A stretch of 57,028 bases of DNA, filler included, from Platydemus manokwari (Eukaryota): the NCBI GenBank assembly GCA_037951405.1. It is 4 parts of 4 records of this genome, joined end to end, with 100 filler letters (N's around TTAATTAATTAA, not from the genome) between each part and the next. Parts side by side here need not be neighbours in the genome. Positions count along the whole stretch, not along the records: positions 20,689 to 29,728 come from JBBMOY011309427.1; positions 29,829 to 45,557 come from JBBMOY011249207.1; 2 more parts are not named here. One strand, written 5' to 3'. Made by a program: the position numbers and the translations under genes. The notes under the pieces were generated by a model. The model did no database searches. It saw only the letters and a list, made by a program, of their open reading frames with translations, and was not told the DNA's origin. The stretch's first letter is position 1. Each line of letters begins with the position of its first letter. This document shows, piece after piece, positions 26,491 through 40,882 of this stretch.

Positions 26491-29400
26491 CAATTCGTTC
26501 ATGAATATTTTCTATAAATACTCCATTTTAAAGATTTATAAAAACTTTGATCATGTCTTTATTTTGGCTTTTTATCGGCGTTTAATTTCGGGGGAATTAT
26601 GAAAAAACGGTAGATTTTTAGTTTAAATAATACGTGTCACTTAAGCAAATTAATGAGCAAGAGTGTTCAAAAATTTGTCGGTTGGTTAACTATTTATAAA
26701 GTCGGATAAATGCTTTTGACAAGCAAGCCGATCGTGATTATTATGTAAGAACTCATTTGGTTTTTGTTAACATATGTTAATGCTGACTTTTGACAGGTTA
26801 ATGTTGACAGACACATACCGACACTTAATCGTTAATATTTATTACTAGTTAGATAAAGGTTTAGATTAGATTAGCAAAAAAAATTCCAAATAGTACGTAA
26901 TTTTTGAAAACATTACTCTTTAGGGTGTAAATATGGGATGAATGTAGTAAAGAAACTAAATAAACAAAACACGTTATATTTGTTTAAATAATTGTTTAGT
27001 TTAATTTTTTTAAAATAAATATTATGTCTACAAATGTTGATGATGTAACTGGCGTTCTCGCTATACAAATCAATGCAATTACATGACATCAGCAGACAAA
27101 GAGCTTGCCGAAACAATCCATGAGTTTCACGATTTGATCGCTTCATAGTCACAAGTAACATCATGTGGAAGTCATTGGAAGTCATTTTAACAGTTAAAGC
27201 GTCAAGATTTCATCGAATTCTTCTTATTAGCTATCACATATCGTTTATGAAAGTTCATGAAATTCAGTATTCAGCTTATTTATTACGGTGTCTGATGAAA
27301 TGTTATTAAATTTAAATTTAATTCGTATTCGATTTAATCATGATGTGTTCACATAAGCAAATTAGTGATTAAATATTTTGATATATTCTTTAAACATTAT
27401 GAGGTTTACAAAGAAGAATATTGAGCTGCCTGTTCAATCTTTTACCAAGTTTTTTTATGATATCGATGTATTGTAGAATTACCAATATCGATCTGAAATT
27501 CACAGTTTCGAGATTTTTTACGAGATCCGAGGCAAGAATTCTGTCGTATCATTTATTAATGTATTTTCTCTTGACTTTATCTTCTACCTAAATTTCATTT
27601 TTATCATAAATTTACATTTCAGTAAATATATCTATGGTTTATAAAAGCTCATTTTTCATAAATATATCTTAGGCAATATTTTAAGGAGTGTGATCATTAT
27701 AAATTGAATTGATATTTTAAAGATTTATTTTTATATAAAAATGTTTTTTATCAAGTTCAATGAATTTATTGAATTTATTTATTAAATATAATTTGTGACT
27801 TTTCAATTCGTGATGAATTTTGATGAGTACTTTATGAAAAAGTAGCAACTGACAAGGCGTGTAAAAAGCAATTTTTTTAACCAGATATGTTTCATGAGGT
27901 ATTTTTCATAATGCACTTCATAAGCTATATTTCATTAATCTTTCATAAATAGATGCATAAATTATTGACAAATTTGCTCCAATAAATGTGTTATTTTTTG
28001 AAGAAACTAAGGCTGTTTTATCGGCCAATAATAAAACGTCTAATTATTATAATAATATTTATTTTAAGATAACATCAACACACTGTTCAATCCATGTATG
28101 ATTCGAATTATTATATTTTTAACTATCTTTATTATGTAAATTTTGCCACAAAATTATTTTCAAAGAACAACTTTTATTTGACATTAAATGGTTTAATAAT
28201 TTTTTACTATTATGTTCGGTGCATTTATAAACTGTTGATCAATCGGGCAATATGAGATGAAAGCGAAAAATATATGAATGAAAATTATGTATTGGAACCC
28301 ATTACAAAATTCAAAAGATTGTTGAAAATGTCAATAAAATCTAAAATATAGCAAAGAGAGGATGGATGAAATAGCAAAGAATCAGTTTTGTAGTTTTTTG
28401 TAAGGGACCAAGACTTAAAATATATTATCTTATGCGTAAACATAATTTATGCATAACTACTGATAGTAGACGACCACTCTGATCTTAGATGATTATTTTT
28501 CTTATATCTTTATGATAATCACTTTTTTCTTTTTGTTTATTTACTACTTTGTTGTTACTGAGTCTTTCATATTTAAATTCGAAGCTACTTTTATATTTTT
28601 GCTTATGTGCATTTATTATTGCTTTATCTTGAAGTCATTTCATGCTATCGTCGACGTGGATAAACCATGTAGTTTTGTGGATTTCAAGCTTTCAAATATG
28701 TAATGTCATTGTCCATTATGACGAGAATGGGATTGGTTACTTTGTTTGAAAATATCATGAATATTCGTTTTCAAATTATCAAGGGTTATCAAAATCTTTT
28801 ACTATAGAATTTTAGGATAAAGTATATTGATATTGTATTTCGGAATTTTTGTGTTCAAATGAAGAACTTACCCCAAAATTTCAGGAAGCATTAAAAAAGG
28901 TTCTGAGCTTTTATACTTCATAGGAATACACCAATCATATCTTGTGTATAAATCAAAAACAACTGAAATATATTTAAATCATCAAATTAATTTTGCGCAT
29001 AACAATTAAATATAAAATATGAGTACTAACTTTAACTTCATTTAATTCGTAAGCTTAAGAATCATTTTGCTGCAATGGCAATCTTGTTAACTCCTATTTC
29101 CAAAAATATATTTCTACTTCTTCATCCATGTTCTCATATACTTTCTTCTTTGCTAAATCTTTCATTTCATAATACTTAATTAAAAATCATTCTAATTTTT
29201 ATCTAAAAGTAGAATAGGAAATATTATTCATACTGTGTATCATTTTGAAATCCATAATATGTATATCCTGTAAATTTTTCGTAATATAATCATCATTTGC
29301 TGCATGGTTCTTTCATCAATTTTATTTATAGGTTAACATTCTTCTTTTGGGATAAGAGGAAATGCTATTTTCCAGTTTTTTATACTGATTTGTAATTTAA

Positions 29401-29728
29401 TCAAAATTTTGTAAATCTTCTTGAAGATTGCTATTAGTTCCTGTATATACTTTAACTATGTACTTTAGTTTAATGAATTACATTTATTAAATATATAATC
29501 TGATTATCTGAGTCAACCTCGATTTCATATAGTTCGCATTCCTTTTCTGTCTATTATTCTTACTTTTATACAATTTTTAATTTCATTCGTTCTATTTATG
29601 CTAGTTGTATTATCACTGGTACTGAATATATAGTCATTGAAATTGTTTATAATCTAATTAAAGATTGTAAACATTAAAACATTATTTCAAGCTTTTTTAT
29701 CCAAACATACAAATTATTACCTTGAAAG

Positions 29729-29828
29729 NNNNNNNNNNNNNNNNNNNNNNNNNNNNNNNNNNNNNNNNNNNNTTAATTAATTAANNNNNNNNNNNNNNNN
29801 NNNNNNNNNNNNNNNNNNNNNNNNNNNN
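29729..29828. other. Artificial contig-join spacer
   Basis: 44 N + TTAATTAATTAA + 44 N. Confidence 0.97.
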
Positions 29829-30647
29829 AAATAGAATAATACATAAAAAGCTCTAATTATAAAAATGATTTAATAAACAACGAATTCATTTTAATGCAAC
29901 AAATTCTTTTTGTTTAATCAAACTTAAAGACAAAAAATAAAACCCAAACCCATTATTAGAAAATCCATGGTCACTGGAGAGATAAATTATTCGAGAATAG
30001 CAACAAACTTTAGCAAAGTAGTGTGATGTTTCTAAATTTAGTAACTGATATAATAGTAATTACTGAAAATCAGCACTTCTGATAAAGAGTCAGGTCTTGC
30101 AACTTTCAATATCATTGTTTGAAAGTTTGATCATTATAATTTAAATATATTCTATTATATCTGGTTATCTGAAAATTATCTAAACCGCCATTTATATTTA
30201 ATATTTATTTACATAAATCTATGAATATTGTTGTTTTTAATAATTTATAGTTAGTCATTTATTGACTCATCATTGATATAATTTGAAATAAATCAATAAC
30301 ATTATTATCAAATAATTCATCCGTATTCAATTATAACGTGATTCATTCGTATTTAATATAAATTTGGCTTTGTTCAATCAATGTTTGTTATATGTTTATA
30401 AACTGCTAATATACAGAGTGAAAAGTGAAATAAAATATTTCATTTTTGTTATTCTCATATCTAAGTTATTGAAATATTTTATGTAAATATTTTTCATTGA
30501 GTATCATTATTATATACAACTACTTATCATTAGAATATATCAGCAATTGAAAATTTTATTTTTTTATTTATTGTCAATCTGTTAGGGAAAATGTATAAAT
30601 TATATGTTCTTTAATTACATTTCTAGAGGAATTCTATGATTTTAGTT

Positions 30648-30892
30648 CACTGGTTTTCAACCAGTGTGCCGCCAGTACACTCCAGGGCTTCTGCAGTTTC
30701 TAAATTTCTACATTAGAACAACGAACAAATAAACAACATGTTAAATTCAATTTCGAAAATCTATTTTATTATTATTGTTTAAATATATTAAATTTAACAT
30801 AATTAAACTCACTCCATTATTACGCAGGGTTTCTCGAGTCATGGAAATAATTCGGTGGGGTTCCTCTCTAGCAAAAAGATTGAAAACCACTG
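30648..30892. mobile_element. hAT (Charlie/Buster-like) MITE (245 bp)
   Basis: TIRs CACTGGTTTTCAA / TTGAAAACCACTG match 12/13. 8-bp TSD TTTTAGTT / TTCTAGGT matches 6/8 and resembles the NTCTAGAN target preference. Confidence 0.85.
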
Positions 30893-31000
30893 TTCTAGGT
30901 CTTTTTCTTAATCCATTATATTTTTAAACAATTCAGTAATAATCACCATCATTTTTTATTCTCAATAATCACATAATCCGTTTATTAAACATGATTTTAG

Positions 31001-31634
31001 TTCAACGAATCAAAATTATTTAAGATCTCATTTAGGAAAATATGTTGCGTAATATAAAAGTAATTATTCTATTTATCCACTTATCTCCATAGAAACATAA
31101 TTACATTGTCTTTGTAAACTAAAATAACAATTAAAAGTCTTGAAAATACTTTATTGATTAATATGTGACAATTCGTTATATATTTGTATAATTAACTACA
31201 GTTTATTTCTGAAATTTTCAATTACCTGAGAGATGCTAAAGAAATTTTGACAAATCCTCGAAGAAAATCAATTGAAGAACATGTAACCAATCCCAAACGA
31301 GTAATGTTTTCATTTTAACAACAACATTACATCAGTGTTTGCTTACAGAAATGTTTCCATCCCACGGTTCCGTCAGATTTAGCTATTAGTATTTTTATTA
31401 GAGATTCCACATTGATATTAGCTGCATATTTATTGGAATTCAATCAACATAAGCGCCATGAATTGGCTGGACGAATAACGGTTTAATTTAATAATTGGCG
31501 CCTTATTGAAATAATGTTTCGATATTAAATAATAGGTCGAATGCATTGTACCATGGATTACTGATGTGCTAAATCATTTGACGTATTCGATCAATACTTG
31601 TTTGTTTGTAATGAACAAAATCAAAAAGAGTTAA
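31001..31634 (+). CDS. ROGDI: Rogdi (RAVE/Rav2-like V-ATPase assembly factor) homolog, 3' portion only
   Basis: Exons 31202-31300, 31349-31480 and 31536-31634 (48- and 55-nt phase-0 introns) give FISEIFNYLRDAKEILTNPRRKSIEEHVTNPKRKCFHPTVPSDLAISIFIRDSTLILAAYLL...VECIVPWITDVLNHLTYSINTCLFVMNKIKKS*. This fits remembered Rogdi motifs (P.LPSDL.I..YI...L...Y.L; VEC.IPWL.D.L). Exon 31001-31048 is tentative and the 5' exons were not found. Confidence 0.85.
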
Positions 31635-34600
31635 CTCATATGTAGATGTGTTTCATTTGCATCGATTCGATATCAGATATATTTCTCTCGGCATTTGTTA
31701 CTATTGTGAATTTATTGATTGTGATATTTTCTATGATTAATAATTATGAATATGTTTTGAATCTCCAATGATATTTATTTCAGACCTCAAATAAAGATTC
31801 GGCTTTTCAAATTTTATTGATTTTTTTAATAGTATTTTTGTTGGTTGATATTTGTTTATTGTAATTTATTGGATTTTTATTTGTTATTTGAAAATTTTCA
31901 TGATAAAATGATTTGTCAAATATTAATTTGTACATATATTTGCCACATTTTGTTACACGAATTTCTAATCGGGAAATTGGGGATCTTTTTGAAAATTTAA
32001 TCATAACTCACTGTGATATTTTGGGATCACATAAAATTACGAATAATTGTGATGGACTATCGATATTTTATCAATACGAGTTGATTATTCTAAGCACTTA
32101 TTTTGATAAATTGTTGGGAATTAGCCAGCAATCAAAATTAAATATTAATTAATAAATTATTTGACTATCTAAATGCTCTCTAATGGATGACATTTCTGTT
32201 GAAAATTGAATATAACGAGATTTATTCATAAATTTAACGAAAATTTATTCGAAATCTAATTATAAAAACAATTTTTCGAGTTAAAATTCCAGTAAGGCAC
32301 ACATCATAAAATAGAGAAAGAAGATGTTAAAAAATTATTTATTTTAATGTTGAAATAAAATTTATAATTCTTTGTTTTTTGCTTTATTTTATCTTTAAAT
32401 AAAAGTTTTTTTTTATTTCTGAAATTTTTTAAATGTTTATTTTTGTAAAAAAATTTAATAATAACTTTATTTAGGTATGGTTCCCCACAAATAGTCTGTT
32501 TATTGGATTGTATTGGATAAATTCGGCCTTTTGGATTATAGCTTGGAATTCTTTCTGGATTGTTGCTTGATGCTCACTAGCTTTTATGAGGTTCATGACT
32601 TTTCTCTCGCTTGACCTCTATTCTTTTTAGCTCCTCTGGCCTTTTTAAAACTTACTCCACTGTTGCCATCTGTTTTAAGCCGTTTTCTCTTCGTGGCTTT
32701 CATTTTCGATTAATTCACATTTATTGAAAATTGTTGCATGTCGAAAGACCTCATCAGTTACTAACTCGACCACATTAAATATACATGGTTATTCTCCTTT
32801 TTGTTATTATAAATAGACAATGTCATTATTGCTTTAATCAGTCTCAATGAGTTCTTCATTAAATCTGCGAGTGTAATGAACCTAATCATTGTATTTTTCA
32901 CCTAACCAACTTTATTGTATTTACCAAATAAAGTATTCATTATATATATATGAACTATCAGTATCAGTTTATGTACACTAATTTCTAAAACTCACCCATG
33001 AAAAAGAGCAATGTAAAATTATTTATTATCCATATTTAATCAATATCCGCGGCTTATTATTTCAAATTTTTATTGCCACATAAAACCGATGTCGATTGAC
33101 ACCAAATAAAATTTTAAAAATTACAAACTGATTTTGTTACTGCAATATACAAAAAACGTTATGCTGAATCTTACAAACTCCTAGATGAAGCCCATGGTTA
33201 ATAGGTTCCTTCATTGTTGAATTTAAATCAATTACCTTTAAGATATTTGAGGCAAAACGCGATAATATGAGATACAATGGTGTATAACATTGATCAGTAT
33301 ATTTCACAAATGTATCTTTTTGTTGGGTGTTTCAGCAGAATACTGATATTGTATGTAGCAATTGTGCATGCAATAACTGTAGCTGCTGCCATGTATATAA
33401 GCATCGATGAGTCACTCGTAGAAATTCTCGACAATTATTAGATAATGCCATGCATGCATATTTTATGTTCATGCATTTATTTTGTCTTAGAAATATTCAC
33501 TAAAATTAAATTTATCATATTTTCTGTTAATAAATTTATTTTGAGATATTATTTTATAGACACCTAGAATAACAAGTAATTTGACTGATAATGTATTGGT
33601 GTTTATTTTATTAGAATATTGTTTCGATGGATAAGTTTATTATATGGTAAATTCAATGGATTTTATTTATTAATATAAATACCAGATTTTATCGATTATA
33701 TTGATTATAATTTTTGATTTAATTTATACTATATTTTATTTCTATCCAGTGTAAAGCTTTAATGATGAACAAAAATAACAATTGGATTGTATCAAAATTA
33801 GCTCGGGTTCGTTACAGAATCACAAAGATTGTGACATTACAACTAAATATTCATTCAATAATAATCCACTACAGCGAAATTAATTTCAGTTTTTTGTTAA
33901 TCAAGTTAGAATATGATTAAGTCACAATTCAGAATTAGTAGACTTCAGTTTTTAACAGATAAATTTCATTATTTCGTCTCCTATCTTTATGTTATTCTTG
34001 AATCATATGGGAACCGAATAAACTCAGTAACCAGTATCAATAAAAATTGTTAAAATTGTAATTAAATTTAACGAATTAAAATTTGGATGACTTTCAATTT
34101 GATAAAGCAATGCAGCTATTATCTCCTTAGAGAGACACAACTTAAATCAAATTCTAACAAAATTTATTAATTCGAACAGGTGGTTTAGAACATTTTTGAG
34201 TGACAACACTGTCAAAATATTGTAATATTGTTGGGTACAACCATATAACAAATGAACAATAAATTGTGCATAAACATTTTAATTTTTACTGTGACTCATC
34301 CCTGAATTAAGAATTTTATTTTACCTAAAATAAGAAATAAAAGAATACTGATATAGAATTAAAATCAAGAAGTTGGTAAGTATAGTAAGCACATGAACAA
34401 TTTTACTAAAATAGTAATCAAAACTAATAATATCATAACGAAATAAAGTAAAGAAAATATGTAATTAAAAGAACTATATAAATATAAGATCGTCAAGTTA
34501 AAAGCTCTGTTTAATTATCGATTCATCATAATCGTGATTCACACGTAATACGAAAATCATTTATACTGAAAGTAATTATCAATACAATTTAATCCGGAAC

Positions 34601-35399
34601 TTAATTTCGAATTTCCAAATTTTATCCGATTAAGAATTCAGCTCATTATTCACTCTCAATCTCGAACATTTCCGAATCGATATTAAAACGTAAAAGCGTA
34701 AATATTCTCACGGAAGATTTAGCCTGACATATTGCCTTTGAAGAATCTAAGTGAATAGTTTTCTACAAAACCCCTCTGATTAAAACATTGTTTACAAACA
34801 ATCACCTTAACTGAGAAGATTTGTTTATGAAATCTTTCTAAGTGATTAATTAATTCAATCATCCAGTTGCAAGGCATTGAGCCAAATTTTCTTTATTAAT
34901 AATTAATATCTTTATAATAATAAATTATATTGAATAATTACCTATAACTATATAGTAAAAACTTTAGCTTGAAACAAGTTCAAACAAAGTATAATTCAAA
35001 AAATATTATCAATATTAAACTGTGCGACGATCATGTGATTACACAGACACTACATCCGACCACTTTTAAGCTATTCAGTAAAATGGGTCTCTTATGAGCA
35101 CGGCATTGGGAGTTATCCCACCCGGAAAAATAGTTCTATTATAACAGAACCCTAATAACAATAAATATTTTCAATAGCTGTCTGATTATTTGCCTTATTA
35201 TAGATCAGTATTCAGTATTTTAATCATTAAATTTTATTGAATTTGTTGCTTACTCAATTATTTTAGAGCCTGAAACATGGAATATATTTTATTGCCGAAT
35301 TATTTATTCTTTTATTGATCTAAATTTTGAATATTTATGTTTGTCCATAATTATACATACACCTATTGAAGTCAGGTGTATCAATTAATTAAATTTGAA

Positions 35400-35700
35400 A
35401 ATAATCATATAGACACCACGCACTGACAAGCCGATAGAAAACTAGAACTCCTTTAGATTCATAAATCTACCGGATAAAACCATGGGAAACTGTAACGATA
35501 TCAGTAGCCAATGTTAAAGTATAAGTAATCAATGTTCTATATCAGAATATCCGTGTTTGAATGAATCAATAATGCAGTCATCAGAGATGAGGACAATTGA
35601 AATTAAGAGAAATTATAAAGCCAATGACAATATTAGTATTTATAAACAAAATTTGGACACACTTTTAAATTTCATCCTTACCCATAACTCCTTAGTCTTA
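35400..35700 (+). mobile_element. Decayed LTR-retrotransposon integrase remnant (tentative)
   Basis: PDK / PWETVTI across a frameshift near 35470-35505 resembles the start of the rve core (P..PW..V..D). Confidence 0.3.
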
Positions 35701-37960
35701 ATACATAATCTATAATTTTTATACATTATAGACGAACTCCAAGAGTTAAAAATAATCATTAATAAAAATAACGTAAATCTTACAAATAAATAATTAAATA
35801 GGATAAGTTATGTATTAATACGTTATTAATAGGTACATAAAAATAATCATCATTAACAGATAGATTGAAAAATCATTATTATGCTGTGCGTAAAAAAGCA
35901 AGCAAAATACCTACAAATTCTAATGAATAATAAAAGGTTGATACAGAGAAAACCGACGAGCTCACGTGCCATTAGCCAATAAGATATCACTAAAATGTCA
36001 ATCCACTAATAGAATCATGTAACCTATTCCCAAACATCAGCAAGCATCAAGAATCGCTAGAAGAGAATCTATTAATAAAATAGTATGTAGATAGTTCTAG
36101 CAAATAAAATAGTAAAGCGACAAGGCACCAGATAAACAAATCCGACAATTCTATGAAAGGGGTTGAATCTCTAGAGAACAACTACCAATCTTTTGTGATC
36201 GAACTCTTTTTAACAGTTGCAATTATTTATGTGAATACTCTGACAACCAGTCTGTTATGGTCTCTGTTTAATCTTTGGGTGCTGATTCCATTGAAATTTA
36301 GTAAATGAGATTTATGTTTTGAGTTCAGTTTAGAGTGCGAACGTTGACAATTTGATTTTAAATTGAACCATTGTAATTTATAAATATAATTTTGAGTTTT
36401 TAGGTTTACTTGATATTTAATACTTTTTGGGGAAAACAAAATCAAGGTGTTTCAGAAATAATGAAAATCTAGAAAAATCTAATTAAATTAAAGTAAAACT
36501 TATTCTAGTACAAGAAATTCCTATTCAAATCGTTGGTCAAAGAGTTCTTGCAAATTTCTCAAGTTGACCAACATTACCTATTAAACAATTCGGCATCAAT
36601 CCCATTGAATTTGTCGATTTTATGACTCATTACTTCAGTAAATGCCTGAATACGGATGGGAAAAATGAACAATTATACAATCATTAGACATATAACCACA
36701 TTGACCTACGAAATATCGTAGAATAGTAGGCAAATAAAGGTGTTTTTTCAAAAGCTTATCAGTTGAGTCATAGGTAAAATTATTCAACAAAAATTCAAGC
36801 AATGAGATTGAATAATTTTCATCTCATCTGTCAACATTTGCTGAAAAGACTTTATGATCTTAAGGTTTATTGGCTAGCGCGTGCAAAAAGTTACCAAAGA
36901 CCAATTTTCGAAAGGCATTCACAGCCATTTCAATGAAGTACTGCGTTTAGCTTATTACACCAATAGGAGGATATTACTAAAAAAATGATGGGAGTTGAAA
37001 TGAACCATACTTCAGTGCTCAAACAACCCAAAAAGAAAATCTCAAAATTGGCAAAATTAAGAGACCATCTTCAGTTTCTTGTCTAACACGCAACATCCTG
37101 AAATTTTGAAACAAAGAATTCCTACAAATTAAACTTTTTATTACATACGTATTTCCAATAATTTTTAAGAATAAATATAGATTTTATAAATACTTTTTTC
37201 AATGTTTATGTAAATAATAAATTAGATTAAAAAGTTTTCTCACATTGTTAAGGTTTTGAGTGTTACCTATAGAAAGATTTTGTTAATTTATCTAATATTG
37301 ATATGTAGTATATTAATTTTTACACTTTGATTAATGTTGTCCGAGAAGCAAATTTGATTATATAGAGCATTTTCATTTATATGCGATTTTCGTTTTGGAT
37401 TTTAATATTATAGTTGGTATAATTAATAGTGAAAGCATTATTAGTGTTTGAATAATTTATAAGTTAATATGAAACATAGATTGGAAAATGATGTTTTGAT
37501 CTAATGAGTAAGCGGACGACTATGCTAATCATCAATTACTTCGCATATATGAGTTTTCATAATTTCAATCGATTGGGAGAAACATTATTTTAATAAGATA
37601 TGAATATTCTTTTGTGTTTAATTAAAAAATATAATTATTGCTTGATTAATCAATTTATTTAAGAAATTATTATACATTATACAGTGCATTTTAAAATTTT
37701 CAATATAAATTAAATTAATTAATTATAATTACATTTAATACAAATATTTTTAGTCTAAATATTTACTTATTGCTAAATTTAGAATTAAGAATATTATTTA
37801 TTCAAAATTTCAGAGGGTAAAGTAAATCAAATAATTTTACCAGTATTACTTTTGTGAAAATTAAATAAGTGAAATCTAATTTTTATTCAAGAACGTTCTT
37901 AAACATTTGTTTTAATTTGTATAATATTTCAATAAATCGTTATCGTTTAGTTACTAAGAT

Positions 37961-39837
37961 ATGTTGGTATGTTTTATTAGTGTTCAAAATGTAATTTTTC
38001 TTAATGAAAATTGAAATTTAGCCTGGAGCTCAAATTGTTTTATTAAAAGAGGGTACCGACACCTCTCAAGGAATTCCTCAAATAATGTCCAATATAACAG
38101 CTATTCAATCAATAGCAGAAGCTGTTCGAACTACTTTGGGTCCTAGAGGCATGGATAAGTTAATAATTGATGAAAAATGTAAGATTATTTGTTACATCTT
38201 TGAGTAATGTTATAAGTTATTTTAATTAGCAAAAGCAACGATCTCTAACGATGGAGCAACCATTCTCAAATTATTAGATGTTATTCATCCAGTTGCTAGC
38301 ACAGTTGTTCAGATAGCATTATCTCAAGATGATGAAGTTGGTGATGGAACAACTAGTGTCATACTTTTAGCCAGTGAATTTTTGAAACAAGCAAAATCCT
38401 TCATAGAAGAAGGTGTTCACCCTGAATTGGTTCAAAAAGCTTACAAAAAGGCATCTAAATTAGCATTAAACTATTTGCACGAATTATCAGTGAAAATTGA
38501 AAAAGGAAATGATAGTGAAAGGCGAAGTTTATTGGAAAAATGTGCATCCACTGCTTTGAGTTCCAAATTGGTTGCTACTTATAAAGATTTCTTTTCCAAA
38601 TTGGTTGTAGATGCAGTAAGCAGCTTAGATCACTTACTTCCTCTCGACATGATTGGAATCAAGAAGGTTATAAGTTGATGAATTCTAAATATTTAATTTT
38701 TTTACATCAGGTTCCTGGTGGATCTCTCCAAGACAGTCAATTGATTGCCGGTGTTGCTTTCAAGAAAACATTTAGTTATGCTGGTTTCGAAATGCAGCCA
38801 AAATCATATCAGAAACCAAAGATTTCATTACTTAATATTGAATTGGAATTGAAATCAGAGAAAGAAAATGCAGAAATTAGAGTTAATTCAGTCGAAGTAA
38901 AAATTAATTAATTATAATTAAAAATTATAAACTATCTTTTCTAGGAATACCAAAAAATTGTTGACGCTGAATGGCAAATTCTTTATGATAAGCTCGAAGC
39001 TATTTATAAGAGTGGAGCTAAAATTGTTCTTTCCAAATTGCCCATTGGTGATGTTGCGACACAATATTTCGCTGATCGTGATATGTTTTGTGCTGGTAGA
39101 GTGACTGAGGAGGATCTTAAAAGAACAATGGCTGCATGTGGTGGTGCAATTCAAACGACTGTGAAAGATATCACTGATGATACTCTTGGTAAATGTGAAT
39201 CTTTCGAAGAAGTACAAATCGGTGGTGAAAGGTTGTCCACTAGATATTTATTAGTTTTTTATTGATATAATTTAGATTTAATATTTTTGTTGGATGTCCA
39301 GAAGCTAAAACTTGTACCATAATTCTTCGAGGAGGTTCTGAACAGTTCATGGAAGAAACCGAACGATCATTACATGATGCAATCATGATTGTAAGACGTG
39401 CTATGAAAAATGATGCTGTTGTTGCTGGTGGAGGAGCTATTGATATGGAAATTAGCAAATATTTGAGAGATTATTCTCGAAATATTCAAGGCAGAGATCA
39501 ACAATTTATTGGTGCAATGGCTAGAGCTTTTGAAATTATTCCACGACAATTGTGTGAGAATGCTGGTTTCGATGCAACCAATATTTTAAATAAATTGAGA
39601 CAAAAACACGCACAAGGAAAAATTTGGTGTGGAGTTGATATTTTGAATGAAGATATCGCTGATAATTTTGAAGCATGTGTTTGGGAACCAGCTCTTGTAA
39701 AATCAAATGCTATCACAGCTGCCACTGAAGCTGCTTGTATGGTTTTGACTTTGGATGAGACTGTTCGAAATGCTAAATCAAAAACACCTGAAGATAATAG
39801 ACCAGTGAAGATGCCTGGACGTGGTAGACCATGTTAA
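37961..39837 (+). CDS. CCT7: T-complex protein 1 subunit eta (CCT-eta), ~544 aa, 6 exons
   Basis: Exons 37961-37966, 38022-38178, 38230-38666, 38711-38896, 38945-39231, 39276-39837. Motifs [98 protein letters not shown] and a C-terminal GRGRP are characteristic of eta. Confidence 0.98.
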
Positions 39838-40698
39838 TTTTTGTTCTGCGTTATGTAGGATGTTTGTTAAATAAATCTTGGTTTAATATAAATTTTTAAT
39901 TGGTTTTTTATTAATTTGATTTTTTAAATTTTTAACTAGAAATAGTTTAAAATTTTATACTTTTATTTTGTCATTACATCAATGTTTATCTTTATAAGTA
40001 ATAATGAAGAATGAGATTGAAATTTATTATTATGTGAATTGATTTAATCATAATAATAATAATAGCATTGATGAGTATGATTAAAAAGTTATATCTATAA
40101 ATGTTAAACAGGAAAAGTTGTCGATGAGTTAAAAGTATAATTTTATTAAAAAATTAAAATAGCATTTTATAGAAAAAATAAATAGATAATAGACTAGAAA
40201 ATAAATAAAATAATAATAATTATTAAAGTACAAATATAATAATATATAATATAATTTAAAACCAAATTGGTAAGAAAAATGTCGATTTAAGAGTGAGAAA
40301 ATCGAGAAAAATTCAAAAAGGTGAAATGATGAAAGTTTGTCCAGATTTATTGGACTTAAGAATGAAATAAAAATAGCAATAAATCATAGAAAATGAACAA
40401 CACTGTATTATTTCATTTAAACTGCAGTGGAACATTTGAGAAGATGAATCTCACTAAACAGAAAAATATTGACAACGTACTCTTATTTGAACGAATATTA
40501 AATTCGATAGAAAGTTTTTATTGAAGAGTGAAATTATATTATCCATAGATTATTTCTGCAGAAAACTTTTAATTTCACCATTCACAGAGATCATGATCAA
40601 CATCAGTTGTTTATTTCTCACTTTAAATAATTTTTGTAATATTCATTCAAGTCAATCATAATAGCTCATTTAAATATTTATAGTAAAATCTTTATCCC

Positions 40699-40882
40699 TG
40701 TCGTTGATTATTTTCAATTTTGAGATCTGCTTGTGTGGATATCGCATAGTTATCTGCTTGCGCTGTGAGCCACGCATTTTGATTGTTTTCATGTTACATT
40801 TCAACTGTTAGATTGTTCGTTTTTCTAAATAAATATTTTTTAATCAATGAGTTTTTAGTTGAGATAACCACACATGACGACA
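40699..40882 (+). mobile_element. Solo-LTR candidate (184 bp)
   Basis: Termini TGTCGT...ACGACA (6-bp inverted), internal AATAAA, GC-richer core. Flanks TATCCC / TATCTA match only partly. Confidence 0.4.

Noticed and set aside
27800-29700. Possible decayed Gypsy integrase (KSNFF*PDMF) and gag-like patches
   Set aside because: Too degraded to assign strand or boundaries.
32715-32775. Minus-strand CTGATGAG-GTC-TTTC-GAC hairpin resembling hammerhead stem II
   Set aside because: GAAA is replaced by ATGCAAC and the flanking stems do not pair.
38918-39725. Antisense ORFs overlapping CCT7 (likewise those over UAP1, the lectin and the GPCR)
   Set aside because: Shadow ORFs of real coding exons with no independent motifs.
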